DNA of 64,000 nt from a bacterium. Lineage in GTDB: Bacteria; Zhuqueibacterota; Zhuqueibacteria; Residuimicrobiales; Krinioviventaceae. Of this stretch, positions 51,513 to 61,208 are shown one piece after another. The DNA is taken from NCBI GenBank assembly GCA_963674595.2, contig CAXXFV010000020.1, positions 1-64,000 on the forward strand, given 5' to 3'. A model generated the notes under the pieces. That model had not been told where the DNA came from. It saw only the letters and a list, made by a program, of their open reading frames with translations, and ran no database searches. The position numbers and the translations under genes were made by a program. Each line of letters opens with the position of its first letter. Position 1 is the first letter of the stretch.

Positions 51513-51687
51513 AAAACCTCCGGTTGGAATGTTATATATTTTACGCCAAAATCTAATACTTTTAAGATGAAAAAGCAAGCGAATCACATACTCTTTTACC
51601 TTACTCTATTATTATTCTTTTTACTTGATTAAAGTTTGTTTTTGATGTATTTTTTACACTTGAACTTTTTAATAAATTAAGTTAAAT

Positions 51688-53313
51688 ATGGTAATTTTTG
51701 TTGACATTTTACTCATTGTTGTAAAAAGTGTGTTTATTTTATGGGTCATTAGGAATAAAATAAACAACAAATGGAATTTTTTGTCTCTCCTTATCAGTCT
51801 GCTTCTGTTTCTTTTTCAGTGTTATTCCTTTTATGGTTTTACTATTGATGATGCATTTATTTCTCTAAGATATGCCCAAAACCTGGTTAATGGCTATGGT
51901 TTGGTTTTCAGTACGGACGGCAGTGTGCCTGTGGAGGGATATACAAATTTTTTATGGGTAATGCTCGAATCTGTCTTTTTTCTGTTTAACCTGAGCAAAG
52001 ACCAAGTTTTGCATGTTGTAAAAATTTCCGGTGTTTTATTTGGATGTGCAAGTGTTATCACCATGTTTTTTCTGGGTCGTATGCTGACCGGAAAAAAAGA
52101 AACAGGATATATTGCCGCTTTGTTTTTTGCTTCTGTGCCGTTTTTCGCTTTTTGGACGGTAGGCGGGCTTGAAACACCTGCATTTTTGTTTTTTCTTTTA
52201 TTGTCATTTTATCTTTTTATTCGGGAAAGGAAAAGGCAAAAACCCCATTATTTATCTCCATTTGCATTTTTGGCGCTGTCGATGACCCGGCCAGAAGGAC
52301 TCTTTTTCATACTGTTTGTTTTTGGCTATGTTTTTATTGAAATGGCATATTTTACTGTTTACAGAAAAAAATCTATTAAAAAGGTTTTTATCAACATATT
52401 ACCGGCTTTGTTGATATTTTTCATTGTGTATGGAATTTATTTTGTCTGGCGTTATAACTTTTATGGTTATTTACTGCCAAATACTTTTTACGCCAAAGTA
52501 GAGTCGATAAGTTTGAATGTTTTTTTGTCTCGTTTATCTGAACTCAAAATTTTTCTATTATATCTTGTTCCGTTTTTTATTTTTATAATTTTTTATTTCC
52601 GAAAATTCAACACATCGGATAATTTTTTTATTTTTTCAGGTATTATTGTGTTATTTCTGTTTTGTTTTTCAGCTTCACGTGAATGGATGCCCGGATTCCG
52701 ATACGAATTGCCTTTTGTCGCTGTTTTGATGGTTTTGTTCTCCGTGTTTACAAGTTTGTTTTTTCATAAAGTTCGACTTTTTTATTTTGTAATATTCCTT
52801 CTACTTGGAATTTACCTTGTTTCACCGGGTTTATATCTGGCCGGAAAAGTTTCATACACAAATAACTTGAATCGGTCTCATGTGCAACTTGGTAAATGGC
52901 TGAAAAAATTTGCTCCTCCTGACGCGTCCTATGCCAGTTGGGATTTGGGAGCAGTGCCTTATTATTCGGATATACCCCGTATTTTTGACATTGGTCACCC
53001 CAAGAGTATCCTGAGTGCATATACGACCCATCATCCCTATAGTATCGATTATTTTCTCGATCATAAGCCGTCGTTTATTGTTTTACACCCGGACCGTGGT
53101 GAGTATGAAGGATTTGCGGGATTTCATAAAAATGAAAAATTTTTAAAAAACTATAAATATATTTTTACACTCGCATTTAGCAAGAATTATCATTTAGCTG
53201 TCTATCAGCATAATGATGTGATTTTAACCTCCAAAGCATACCAAAATGCTCAGGAAATTAGTAATATGAGTTTTGATGGAGCTTATTCAACAAGCTTTCA
53301 ATCCGATTTATAA
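51688..53313 (+). CDS. GT-C fold membrane glycosyltransferase-like protein
   Basis: TIDDAFISLRYAQNLVNGYG, VEGYTNFLW, GGLET, TRPEG, LPNTFYAK; many TM helices. Confidence 0.7.
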   Translation: MVIFVDILLIVVKSVFILWVIRNKINNKWNFLSLLISLLLFLFQCYSFYGFTIDDAFISLRYAQNLVNGYGLVFSTDGSVPVEGYTNFLWVMLESVFFLFNLSKDQVLHVVKISGVLFGCASVITMFFLGRMLTGKKETGYIAALFFASVPFFAFWTVGGLETPAFLFFLLLSFYLFIRERKRQKPHYLSPFAFLALSMTRPEGLFFILFVFGYVFIEMAYFTVYRKKSIKKVFINILPALLIFFIVYGIYFVWRYNFYGYLLPNTFYAKVESISLNVFLSRLSELKIFLLYLVPFFIFIIFYFRKFNTSDNFFIFSGIIVLFLFCFSASREWMPGFRYELPFVAVLMVLFSVFTSLFFHKVRLFYFVIFLLLGIYLVSPGLYLAGKVSYTNNLNRSHVQLGKWLKKFAPPDASYASWDLGAVPYYSDIPRIFDIGHPKSILSAYTTHHPYSIDYFLDHKPSFIVLHPDRGEYEGFAGFHKNEKFLKNYKYIFTLAFSKNYHLAVYQHNDVILTSKAYQNAQEISNMSFDGAYSTSFQSDL

Positions 53314-53351
53314 AGATTTAATATAAAAATATATTCTCGAAAGGAGTTATT

Positions 53352-54317
53352 GTGCGCATTTTATCAGGTATTCAGCCTTCCGGTTCTTTACATTTGGGAA
53401 ATTATTTTGCAATGATGAAAAGAATGATAGAATATCAGGAAAATCACGAATTGTTTTGTTTTGTAGTGAACTATCATGCTTTAACATCCGTATTTGATGC
53501 TGATCTTTTACGAAATCAAACCTTTGAAGCTATTTGTGACTTTTTGGCCCTGGGTATTGATCCCAATAAATCCATATTTTATGTTCAGTCGGATGTTCCT
53601 CAGGTAACCGAGCTGACATGGTTATTATCGAATGTAACGCCAATGGGACTACTGGAAAGAGGACATTCCTATAAAGATAAAAAAGCCAGAGGTATTCCTG
53701 CCAATCACGGACTGTTTGCTTATCCTGTGCTTATGGCAGCCGATATTTTATTATATGGCGCACATCGGATTCCTGTGGGAAAAGACCAAAAACAGCACGT
53801 TGAAATGACCAGAGACATTGCTATAAAATTCAATCAAACTTATGGCGAAACATTTGTTATTCCGGAACCGGAAATTCCAAAAGACGTTGCTACCATTCCT
53901 GGTCTTGACGGTCAAAAAATGTCCAAGTCCTATGGCAATACGATTGATATTTTTTCGCCGAAAAATGTGTTGAAAAAAAGAGTCATGTCCATTGTAACAG
54001 ATGCCACACCTGTGGAAGAACCTAAAAATCCGGATAAATGTAATTTATTTGCCATTTATTCATTGTTTTTAAATGCAGAAGAGAAAAAAGAACTGCGTAA
54101 ACGATATCTTGCTCCCGGTTTAAAATATGGTGAAGTTAAAAAAGAACTTTTGGAGCGTATCTGGACTTATTTTGAACCCTATCGCGAGGCCCGTGAACGT
54201 TATATACAGGATAGAGACCTTGTTCACGATATTATGAGAGAAGGCGCAAAAAAAGCAAGCGCTGTTGCTTCAGAGTATTTGGAAAAAGCTCGTGCCAATG
54301 TTGGTGTAAATTATTAA
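53352..54317 (+). CDS. trpS: Tryptophan--tRNA ligase
   Basis: SGIQPSGSLHLGNY, YPVLMAADIL, VGKDQKQH, KMSKS. Confidence 0.98.
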   Translation: MRILSGIQPSGSLHLGNYFAMMKRMIEYQENHELFCFVVNYHALTSVFDADLLRNQTFEAICDFLALGIDPNKSIFYVQSDVPQVTELTWLLSNVTPMGLLERGHSYKDKKARGIPANHGLFAYPVLMAADILLYGAHRIPVGKDQKQHVEMTRDIAIKFNQTYGETFVIPEPEIPKDVATIPGLDGQKMSKSYGNTIDIFSPKNVLKKRVMSIVTDATPVEEPKNPDKCNLFAIYSLFLNAEEKKELRKRYLAPGLKYGEVKKELLERIWTYFEPYREARERYIQDRDLVHDIMREGAKKASAVASEYLEKARANVGVNY

Positions 54318-54329
54318 ACGGATTGTGAT

Positions 54330-56357
54330 ATGAAAAAAATACTATATATACTGTTTATTTTTACAGGTTTTCTCTATGCAAATCAACGTGCTATGACCGT
54401 TGAAGACATGTGGGCCATGAAGCGTATTGGTCAGGCTGTGCTTTCTCCTGATGGTGAGTGGGTAGCTTTTGAGATGACCGAATATAAAATGGATGATAAC
54501 AGCCGAAATACAGATATTTGGATGGTTTCCACAAAAGACGGCACGGTCCGGCAGATGACAGTCAATTCAGCTTATGACGGCACACCCCGTTGGAAACCGG
54601 ATGGTTCAGAATTGTCTTTTATATCTGATCGTAACGGCTCTGCACAGATTTTTAGTATGCCATTAAACGGTGGAGAGGCTTGCCAGTTATCTTTCTTTCC
54701 GGTTGATGTTGATAACTTTATCTGGTCTCCTGATGGCAAACAATGGGCATTTGCGGCAACGGTTTTTGCTGATGCGCCATCTCTGGAAGCGAGTGCAGCC
54801 CGGGACCGTGAAAAACAGGAATCTCTGGTTAAAGCACGTGTTATTGACCGGTTAATGTTTCGACAGTGGAACCGTTGGACAAACGGAAAATATTCTCATA
54901 TTTATGTCAGCGATGTACAGGGCAATAATGTTCGGGATGTGACCCCTGGCGAGTATGATGCCCCTCCTCTGGACCTGGGTGGTGACCAGGATTTTATGTT
55001 TTCACCTGACGGCAAAGAGTTGGCCTTTGTCAGTAACCATGATTCCATGATTGCCATATCAACGAACAATGATGTTTTTCTGTATTCACTAAACAATCAG
55101 CAAACAACATGTATAACCGTGCCTAACAAATCCGTTGATAACCAGCCGGTCTATTCGCCGGATGGTCGTTTTCTTGTATATAACGCCATGAAACGACCCG
55201 GATTTGAATCGGACCAAAATGAAATTATACTTTTCGACCGTAAAGCCGGCGAAAAAACGTCTTTGACTGAAAATTTTGACCGGAATCCACAACAGGTCAT
55301 CTGGTCGCCTGATAGTAAAAAATTATATTTTTGTGCCGAAAACCGGGGCCGAAAAAGTTTGTATGAGTTGGAAGTTAAGAGTAAAACAACAAAAGAGATC
55401 TTGTTTCAACATTCCAATTCAAATCTTATGATGGGACCGAACAAGAATTGTCTTTATTTCAAACAACAAAGTGTGTCAGCACCGAATGAGATTTACAAAC
55501 TCGATCTTTCTACCGGAAAATATACACAGCTTACATTTATAAACCAATCGTTGTTAAAGGAATTGGCTTTTAACAATGTTGAAGATTTTGAATACAAAAG
55601 TTTTGATAATCAAATGGTGCACGGCTTTATGCTCAAACCACCATTTTTTGATAAGAACAAAAAATACCCGGTCGTATTATTAATCCATGGTGGTCCGCAA
55701 AACATGTGGTGTGACAATTTTCATTTTCGCTGGAACGCCTCAATGTTTGCTTCTCCGGGATATGTTGTTGTTATGATTAATATTCGCGGTTCCAAAGGCT
55801 ATGGACAGGAATGGTGCGACGCTGTCAGTAAAGACTGGGGCGGCGGACCATATAAAGATCTAATGAGCGGTCTTGATTATGTATGTCAAAATTTTAGTTT
55901 CATTGAGGGAAAAAAGATCGTTGCTGCCGGTGCAAGTTATGGCGGATTTATGATTAACTGGATTGCCACTCATACCGACCGTTTTAAGGCGCTGGCATGT
56001 CATGCCGGTGTTTATGATCAGGTGAGCATGTATGGCTCAACGGAAGAATTATGGTTTCCGGAATGGGAATTTGATGGCAATCCTTATGAAAATCCTGATC
56101 TTTACAGAAAATGGTCTCCTTCCACATATGCGGCAAACCTGAAAAAATACAATGTTCCCACTTTGGTTACGCACGGTCAAAACGATTTTCGTGTGCCGGT
56201 TAGTCAGGCATTTCAGTTTTTTACAGCGCTTCAGCGCCAAAATGTGCCGTCTCGGCTGGTTTATTTCCCGGATGAGTATCATTTTGTCACCAAACCGCAA
56301 AATGCCCAATTATGGTGGAATGAAATTTTTAACTGGTTTGAAAAATGGATCAATTAA
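54330..56357 (+). CDS. S9 family (prolyl oligopeptidase-like) peptidase
   Basis: SPDG propeller repeats; IHGGP, GASYGG nucleophile, DFRV, DEYH. Confidence 0.95.
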   Translation: MKKILYILFIFTGFLYANQRAMTVEDMWAMKRIGQAVLSPDGEWVAFEMTEYKMDDNSRNTDIWMVSTKDGTVRQMTVNSAYDGTPRWKPDGSELSFISDRNGSAQIFSMPLNGGEACQLSFFPVDVDNFIWSPDGKQWAFAATVFADAPSLEASAARDREKQESLVKARVIDRLMFRQWNRWTNGKYSHIYVSDVQGNNVRDVTPGEYDAPPLDLGGDQDFMFSPDGKELAFVSNHDSMIAISTNNDVFLYSLNNQQTTCITVPNKSVDNQPVYSPDGRFLVYNAMKRPGFESDQNEIILFDRKAGEKTSLTENFDRNPQQVIWSPDSKKLYFCAENRGRKSLYELEVKSKTTKEILFQHSNSNLMMGPNKNCLYFKQQSVSAPNEIYKLDLSTGKYTQLTFINQSLLKELAFNNVEDFEYKSFDNQMVHGFMLKPPFFDKNKKYPVVLLIHGGPQNMWCDNFHFRWNASMFASPGYVVVMINIRGSKGYGQEWCDAVSKDWGGGPYKDLMSGLDYVCQNFSFIEGKKIVAAGASYGGFMINWIATHTDRFKALACHAGVYDQVSMYGSTEELWFPEWEFDGNPYENPDLYRKWSPSTYAANLKKYNVPTLVTHGQNDFRVPVSQAFQFFTALQRQNVPSRLVYFPDEYHFVTKPQNAQLWWNEIFNWFEKWIN

Positions 56358-56410
56358 CTTTTTGGATCGTATAATAGAGTACAATAAACCAGGCTTTAAG
56401 GAGTATATTT

Positions 56411-56788
56411 TTGGTTAAAATATTATACATCGGATTCGGCGGATTTTTAGGTTCTGTTTCACGTTATGCTGTAAGTGGATTTTTTTATCGTTTATTGGAT
56501 AAACCCTGGTTTCCCTATGGAACAATGGCGGTAAATTTAATTGGCTGCCTGGTGATCGGCTTTTTAGGGGGAATTTCCGAATTTAAACAGGTTTTCAGCC
56601 CGGAGCTTCGGTTACTCGTTTTTATCGGATTTCTTGGTGGATTTACAACGTTTTCGACCTTTGAATTTGAGGTGTTTCAACTTTTAAGAGATAATCAGTT
56701 TTTGCCGGCGCTCATTAATGTTGCTGTTCAGATAATAACAGGTTTGGGTGCTGTTTGGGTAGGTTTTCTTTTAGCCAAATTGATTTAG
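56411..56788 (+). CDS. crcB: Fluoride channel CrcB/Fluc
   Basis: GGFLGSVSRY, FPYGTMAVN, GFLGGFTTFSTF. Confidence 0.96.
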   Translation: MVKILYIGFGGFLGSVSRYAVSGFFYRLLDKPWFPYGTMAVNLIGCLVIGFLGGISEFKQVFSPELRLLVFIGFLGGFTTFSTFEFEVFQLLRDNQFLPALINVAVQIITGLGAVWVGFLLAKLI

Positions 56789-56797
56789 GGAGTTAAA

Positions 56798-57136
56798 ATG
56801 AAACTTTTACAGGATGGTAATTTATTACGCATTTTTATCGGTGAAAGTGACAAATTTGAAGGCATGCCGTTATACGAGTGGATTGTGAAACGTGCCAGGG
56901 AACGAAACCTTGCCGGCGCTACAGTCCTTAGAGGCCTGGAAGGCTTTGGCGCCCGAAGCCGGATTCATACAACGAAAATACTTCGCCTCTCTGAAGACCT
57001 GCCGATTGTTGTTGAAATTGTTGATTCGCTTGATAAAATCAATGAATTTTTACCATTAATTGATGATGCCATGAAGGAAGGCCTGGTTACCCTGGAAAAG
57101 GTACAGGTTATACTTTATAGAAGTGAAAAGGAATAA
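56798..57136 (+). CDS. DUF190 (PII-like) protein
   Basis: LRIFIGESD, GATVLRGLEGFG, LSEDLPIVVEIVD. Confidence 0.93.
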   Translation: MKLLQDGNLLRIFIGESDKFEGMPLYEWIVKRARERNLAGATVLRGLEGFGARSRIHTTKILRLSEDLPIVVEIVDSLDKINEFLPLIDDAMKEGLVTLEKVQVILYRSEKE

Positions 57137-57152
57137 ATTTTTGGATTGTTTT

Positions 57153-57584
57153 ATGTGTTTTAAAATTAAATATGTGTCTTTTATATTGCTGTCTTCGTTA
57201 CTGTTTATTAACCTCAGTTGTAAAGACCCTTTAAAAGAAGAAGATAAAAAAGAAGAAATTATTGTATTGGTAAATGAAACATTACATGAGGTGGGCAGAT
57301 ATATTTTTATGTGGGACGGTAAAGATAAAAATGGCAAGGTGATTGAACCGGGGAAATATATTTATACTTTCGAGTCCAAGGATTTTAACGATCAGGACTA
57401 TATGGAAGCGGTTGAAAACAATAAAATTGCCAAACCGGAATTTACTCATTTCGAGGTCGGTGTTTGGTATAATTATGAACTTGAAGCGGCCGAGCCAAAT
57501 CCATTTAATATAGAAACAGGTGTTGCCATCGCCATCAAAATACCCAGTCCAACAAGTGTAAAAATACGAATATTTAAAGATTAG
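57153..57584 (+). CDS. Lipoprotein with circularly permuted FlgD-Ig/T9SS-CTD-like domain
   Basis: Lipobox NLSC; LVNE..GRYIFMWDGKDKNG..GKYIY comes before YELEAAEPNPFN..IKIPSPTSVKIRIF. Confidence 0.7.
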   Translation: MCFKIKYVSFILLSSLLFINLSCKDPLKEEDKKEEIIVLVNETLHEVGRYIFMWDGKDKNGKVIEPGKYIYTFESKDFNDQDYMEAVENNKIAKPEFTHFEVGVWYNYELEAAEPNPFNIETGVAIAIKIPSPTSVKIRIFKD

Positions 57585-57587
57585 TTC

Positions 57588-58589
57588 TTAGGGCTGTGCC
57601 GCCTTGATGATGCCCTCCTGGACTGAAATAATTTGATCTAAAAGTTGGTCGAGCTGAGGGTCTATTTTAGTTTTATCCGCATTTTGTTCATGCCAGGAAA
57701 TCATTTCACGAACACCCGTTGAAAGGGGGATTTTGGCTGTAAAATCCGGGACGATTCTTTTAATTTTTGAATTATCAAAAATCAGGCTGATGCTTTTGTC
57801 GCCCAGCCAGCCGGCAGCCCATTCGGGATCAAAGGCTGCAATTGTATCAGACGTAACATGGACCGCATTTAACGGTTTGTTGAGGATCTCTGCAAAAATT
57901 TCAAAAATTTGGTTCCAGCTTGTAAAATTGTCGGATGTGATATGAAATGCTTCGCCGATTGCCTGGTGGTTTCCCAACAATCCTGTAAAACCGGCAGCGA
58001 AATCGCGATGATGTGTCAACGTCCACAGAGACGTGCCGTCTCCAAAAATAATTACCTTTTTCCCGTTTTTCATTCGTGACAGGGTTGTAAAACCGCCTGG
58101 TAAAAAGACTTTGGAGCAATCATAGGTGTGTGAAGGCCTGACAATTGTTACCGGAAATCCTTCTTTGCCGGCCTGCTGCAATAGTTCTTCACAGGCAATT
58201 TTTTGCTGCGAGTAATGCCAGTAAGGATTGCTTAACGGTGTTGATTCCGTAATCGGCAATATGGCCGGCGGTGTTTGGTAAACGGAAGCAGAACTTATAA
58301 AAATATATTGAGATGTTTTTCCCTGAAATAATTCAATGTCAAATTTTACTTGCTCGGGCGTATAGGCAATCCAGTCAACCACCACATCAAACCGTGGTTG
58401 ATCATTCAATACTTTTTCTACGGCTTTAAAATCGCGATAATCCGCGTGTATTATTTTTGCCTGCTCCGGAATTTCTCTGTGAGTAAGCCCGCGAAGTAGT
58501 AAAGTAACGTCATAGCCTTTTTCTATTGCTGCTTTCGTACATGCTGAACTGATGACCCCTGTCCCGCCAATAAATAAAACACGTATCAT
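57588..58589 (-). CDS. NAD-dependent epimerase/dehydratase (extended SDR)
   Basis: IGGTGVIS, FISSASVY, YSQQK, VRPSHTY. Confidence 0.92.
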   Translation of the reverse strand: MIRVLFIGGTGVISSACTKAAIEKGYDVTLLLRGLTHREIPEQAKIIHADYRDFKAVEKVLNDQPRFDVVVDWIAYTPEQVKFDIELFQGKTSQYIFISSASVYQTPPAILPITESTPLSNPYWHYSQQKIACEELLQQAGKEGFPVTIVRPSHTYDCSKVFLPGGFTTLSRMKNGKKVIIFGDGTSLWTLTHHRDFAAGFTGLLGNHQAIGEAFHITSDNFTSWNQIFEIFAEILNKPLNAVHVTSDTIAAFDPEWAAGWLGDKSISLIFDNSKIKRIVPDFTAKIPLSTGVREMISWHEQNADKTKIDPQLDQLLDQIISVQEGIIKAAQP

Positions 58590-58605
58590 TATTAATTCCC
58601 GCTTT

Positions 58606-59007
58606 TTAACTCATTGCATTTTTAAATTCTTCAGGAATGGCAATCACTTTTTCTTGTTCGTTTACAAATACAAAGGCCATTTCCGACAAGGCACATAATT
58701 TATCTGTTGTTGTGTTCCAAATTTCATATTGAATAATAAAACTGGACCTTTTCCATAATGAAATTTTACCTCTTATTTCCAGAATATCATCGGCACGGGC
58801 GGCTGAACGATATGTTATTTCTGTTTTTATAACATAAGGATACTTTTTCCATTTCTGAAAATCGTTAAAACTCAGGTTCCTTTGATGCATATATTCACAA
58901 CGGGCAAATTCAAGATAATTCAAATAGGTTGCATTGTTTACATGACCAAAAGAATCCATTTCATAACTTCTTACCTGAAGAGATATTTTAAATGTAGAAT
59001 TGTCCAT
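58606..59007 (-). CDS. Acyl-CoA thioesterase (4HBT/YbgC family)
   Basis: VRSYEMDSFGHVNNATYLNYLEFAR. Confidence 0.93.
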   Translation of the reverse strand: MDNSTFKISLQVRSYEMDSFGHVNNATYLNYLEFARCEYMHQRNLSFNDFQKWKKYPYVIKTEITYRSAARADDILEIRGKISLWKRSSFIIQYEIWNTTTDKLCALSEMAFVFVNEQEKVIAIPEEFKNAMS

Positions 59008-59018
59008 AAAAAACGCGC

Positions 59019-60962
59019 CTAAGTTATTCTTCTGATTTTAATGGTTTCGGTAATATGCTGCATAATATTAAAAACCTGTTCGGAAACGTCTCTATCAACA
59101 TCAACAATAAGATAACCAATATTTCCTTTGGTTTGCAGAATCTGACCTTCAACGTTTATGTTGCGGCGGGCAAAGACACTGTTGATTTTTGCCAAAACAC
59201 CGGGAACATTGTTGTGTATGTGCAAAATTCGATGTTTACCGTTAAGTTTCGGCAGCTCAACTTCGGGAAAATTTACGGAACCAATGGTTGATCCGTTTGA
59301 TATATATCTTTGAATTTTTTCACTTACATAACTGGCAATGTTTTCCTGGGCTTCCTGTGTGCTGCCGCCAATATGTGGAGTTAAAATAACATTTGGAGAG
59401 TTTTGTAATGGTGCATGAAAACTTTCACTGGATGAGCTTGGTTCGTCAGGAAAAACGTCTACGCCTGCCCCGGCAATTTGACCGTTATCCAAAAAATGAC
59501 GAAGACTGTCAAGCTCTACAACCCGACCACGGCTCAAATTTAATAACAAAGAGCCTTTTTTCATTAGAGACATTTCTTTTTTGCCGATCATATTTCGGGT
59601 GTCCGGTGTGTCCGGTACATGCAGTGTAACAATGTCAGAGTTTATCAATAAATCCGATAAATCTTTTGCCTGCTTGGCGTTTCCTAATGGAAGTTTATCT
59701 ACAATATCATGATAAATAACTGTCATGCCTAAACTTTCCATAAGTACAGAAACCTGGGAGCCGATATGTCCATATCCAACAATACCAATTGTTTTGCCCC
59801 GAATTTCAGAACATCCGGAAGCATCTTTTAACCATTGGCCCTGATGGGCGGCCACACTCTTTTCATAAGCACGCCGGATGAGTATGATCGCTTCACCAAC
59901 AACCAACTCCGCAACACTACGGGTGTTACTGAATGGGGCATTAAAAACAGGAATGCCGGCATTTGTCGCAGCTACAAGATCGATTTGGTTTGTACCAATA
60001 CAAAAGGCTCCCACGACCCACAAGTTGGGAAGGCAGGTAATCGCTTTTGCCGTTATTTTGGTCTTGGACCTTATACCTAATACATTTGTATTTTTTGCCT
60101 GAGAACAAAGCAGCTTTTCGTCCCATGCTTCATTATAACTATCAAGTTTAAAATTATTTTCTTTTAAACGGTTTATGGCTTTAGGGTGAATGTTCTCCAG
60201 CAACGTAATATGTGGTATATGCGATTTATCCTGTATTTTAACCTTGGTCAAAGTTTTTACAGAATCGTTGCCCAATTCATCGTTCGAGCAAAATAATGGC
60301 AGTAATTGATCAAACCGTTCCACAGAAAAGTCAGCCTGATGACGAATTTCTTCCCTGTTTTTTGTGCCGGAGAAATAAACAAATATTTTTGCGATATTGT
60401 TTTTTCGAATAGCCAAATCCGGAAAGCCGTCGCCAACAACCGCTGTGCCGCCCGAAAGTCTGCCTTCGTCTTTTAATCTTTCGGCGATATACACTTTACC
60501 CATGCTTAAAAACAGAGGATTTTCGTGATTTAGTTGATTGACGTTTCCATTTTTATCATAAGATACCTGGTTGGCAAAAACATTGTCATCACTGATGCCT
60601 AATGCCCTGGTAACCGGTCGAACGACCTCTTCAAAACTGCTGCTAAAGACGTAAATATTTTTTCCGCCTTTCATCAGCAGGTCTATTGTTTCCCTAACCA
60701 TCGGATTAATAGTGTCCAGAATGTTCTCCGCTACAATACTGACGTCTGAAAAATTAATCTCCGCCAGAGCAAAGCGTTTTGGCATTGCCTCGCTTAACGG
60801 GATGTCCCCGTTTGTTGCCTTTTCCGTTAGTTCTTTAAGTTTTGCCAGGCGTAAAGATTTATCTTTTGCGTTTGCTCTTTCTATTGCTTCTTTAATGATC
60901 AGGTCAATACCTTCAGCATTAATAATTGTACTATCATAATCAAAAATGATATTATTAATCAT
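59019..60962 (-). CDS. serA: Fused HAD phosphoserine phosphatase-like domain + D-3-phosphoglycerate dehydrogenase + ACT
   Basis: N-terminal IFDYDST..ATNG..GK..VGDG; then FCIGTNQ, VFNAPFSNTRSVAEL, GYGHIG, LTPHIGGSTQEAQ, HIHNNVPG (ACT). Confidence 0.92.
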   Translation of the reverse strand: MINNIIFDYDSTIINAEGIDLIIKEAIERANAKDKSLRLAKLKELTEKATNGDIPLSEAMPKRFALAEINFSDVSIVAENILDTINPMVRETIDLLMKGGKNIYVFSSSFEEVVRPVTRALGISDDNVFANQVSYDKNGNVNQLNHENPLFLSMGKVYIAERLKDEGRLSGGTAVVGDGFPDLAIRKNNIAKIFVYFSGTKNREEIRHQADFSVERFDQLLPLFCSNDELGNDSVKTLTKVKIQDKSHIPHITLLENIHPKAINRLKENNFKLDSYNEAWDEKLLCSQAKNTNVLGIRSKTKITAKAITCLPNLWVVGAFCIGTNQIDLVAATNAGIPVFNAPFSNTRSVAELVVGEAIILIRRAYEKSVAAHQGQWLKDASGCSEIRGKTIGIVGYGHIGSQVSVLMESLGMTVIYHDIVDKLPLGNAKQAKDLSDLLINSDIVTLHVPDTPDTRNMIGKKEMSLMKKGSLLLNLSRGRVVELDSLRHFLDNGQIAGAGVDVFPDEPSSSSESFHAPLQNSPNVILTPHIGGSTQEAQENIASYVSEKIQRYISNGSTIGSVNFPEVELPKLNGKHRILHIHNNVPGVLAKINSVFARRNINVEGQILQTKGNIGYLIVDVDRDVSEQVFNIMQHITETIKIRRIT

Positions 60963-61122
60963 TTTGAAAAACCTTAAATATGTTTAATAAATTTCTATTT
61001 ATGAAGCATATATGATACAAAATTTCTTTAAAATTTACAATAGAAAAGAAAGCTTTTTACGGCAGCAAATAAATACGTTATTTTTTGTGAAATAGTATTT
61101 CAGGTATTATTGTTTAAAAATT

Positions 61123-61141
61123 TACCTTGTAGTGCAAGGTA
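61123..61141. promoter_or_regulatory. Short inverted repeat in the divergent serA / 61209 intergenic region
   Basis: TACCTTG-tagtg-CAAGGTA. Confidence 0.35.
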
Positions 61142-61164
61142 TTTAAGAAAAGGAGGTGTAGAGT

Positions 61165-61194
61165 TTGCAGCAACCCCTTTTAGATGAATTCTAA
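61165..61194 (+). CDS. Possible 9-aa leader mini-ORF (MQQPLLDEF)
   Basis: Perfect AGGAGGTG 61151-58, 6-nt spacer, TTG start; TAA abuts the next AGGAGGTG. Confidence 0.35.
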   Translation: MQQPLLDEF

Positions 61195-61208
61195 AGGAGG
61201 TGATTGTT

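Noticed and set aside
53314-53351. T-box leader for trpS
   Set aside because: The spacer is only 38 nt and has no T-box motif.
56358-56410. Fluoride riboswitch upstream of crcB
   Set aside because: The 53-nt spacer lacks the GGxGATGxxxTCxCC / GCTxATGAC consensus elements.
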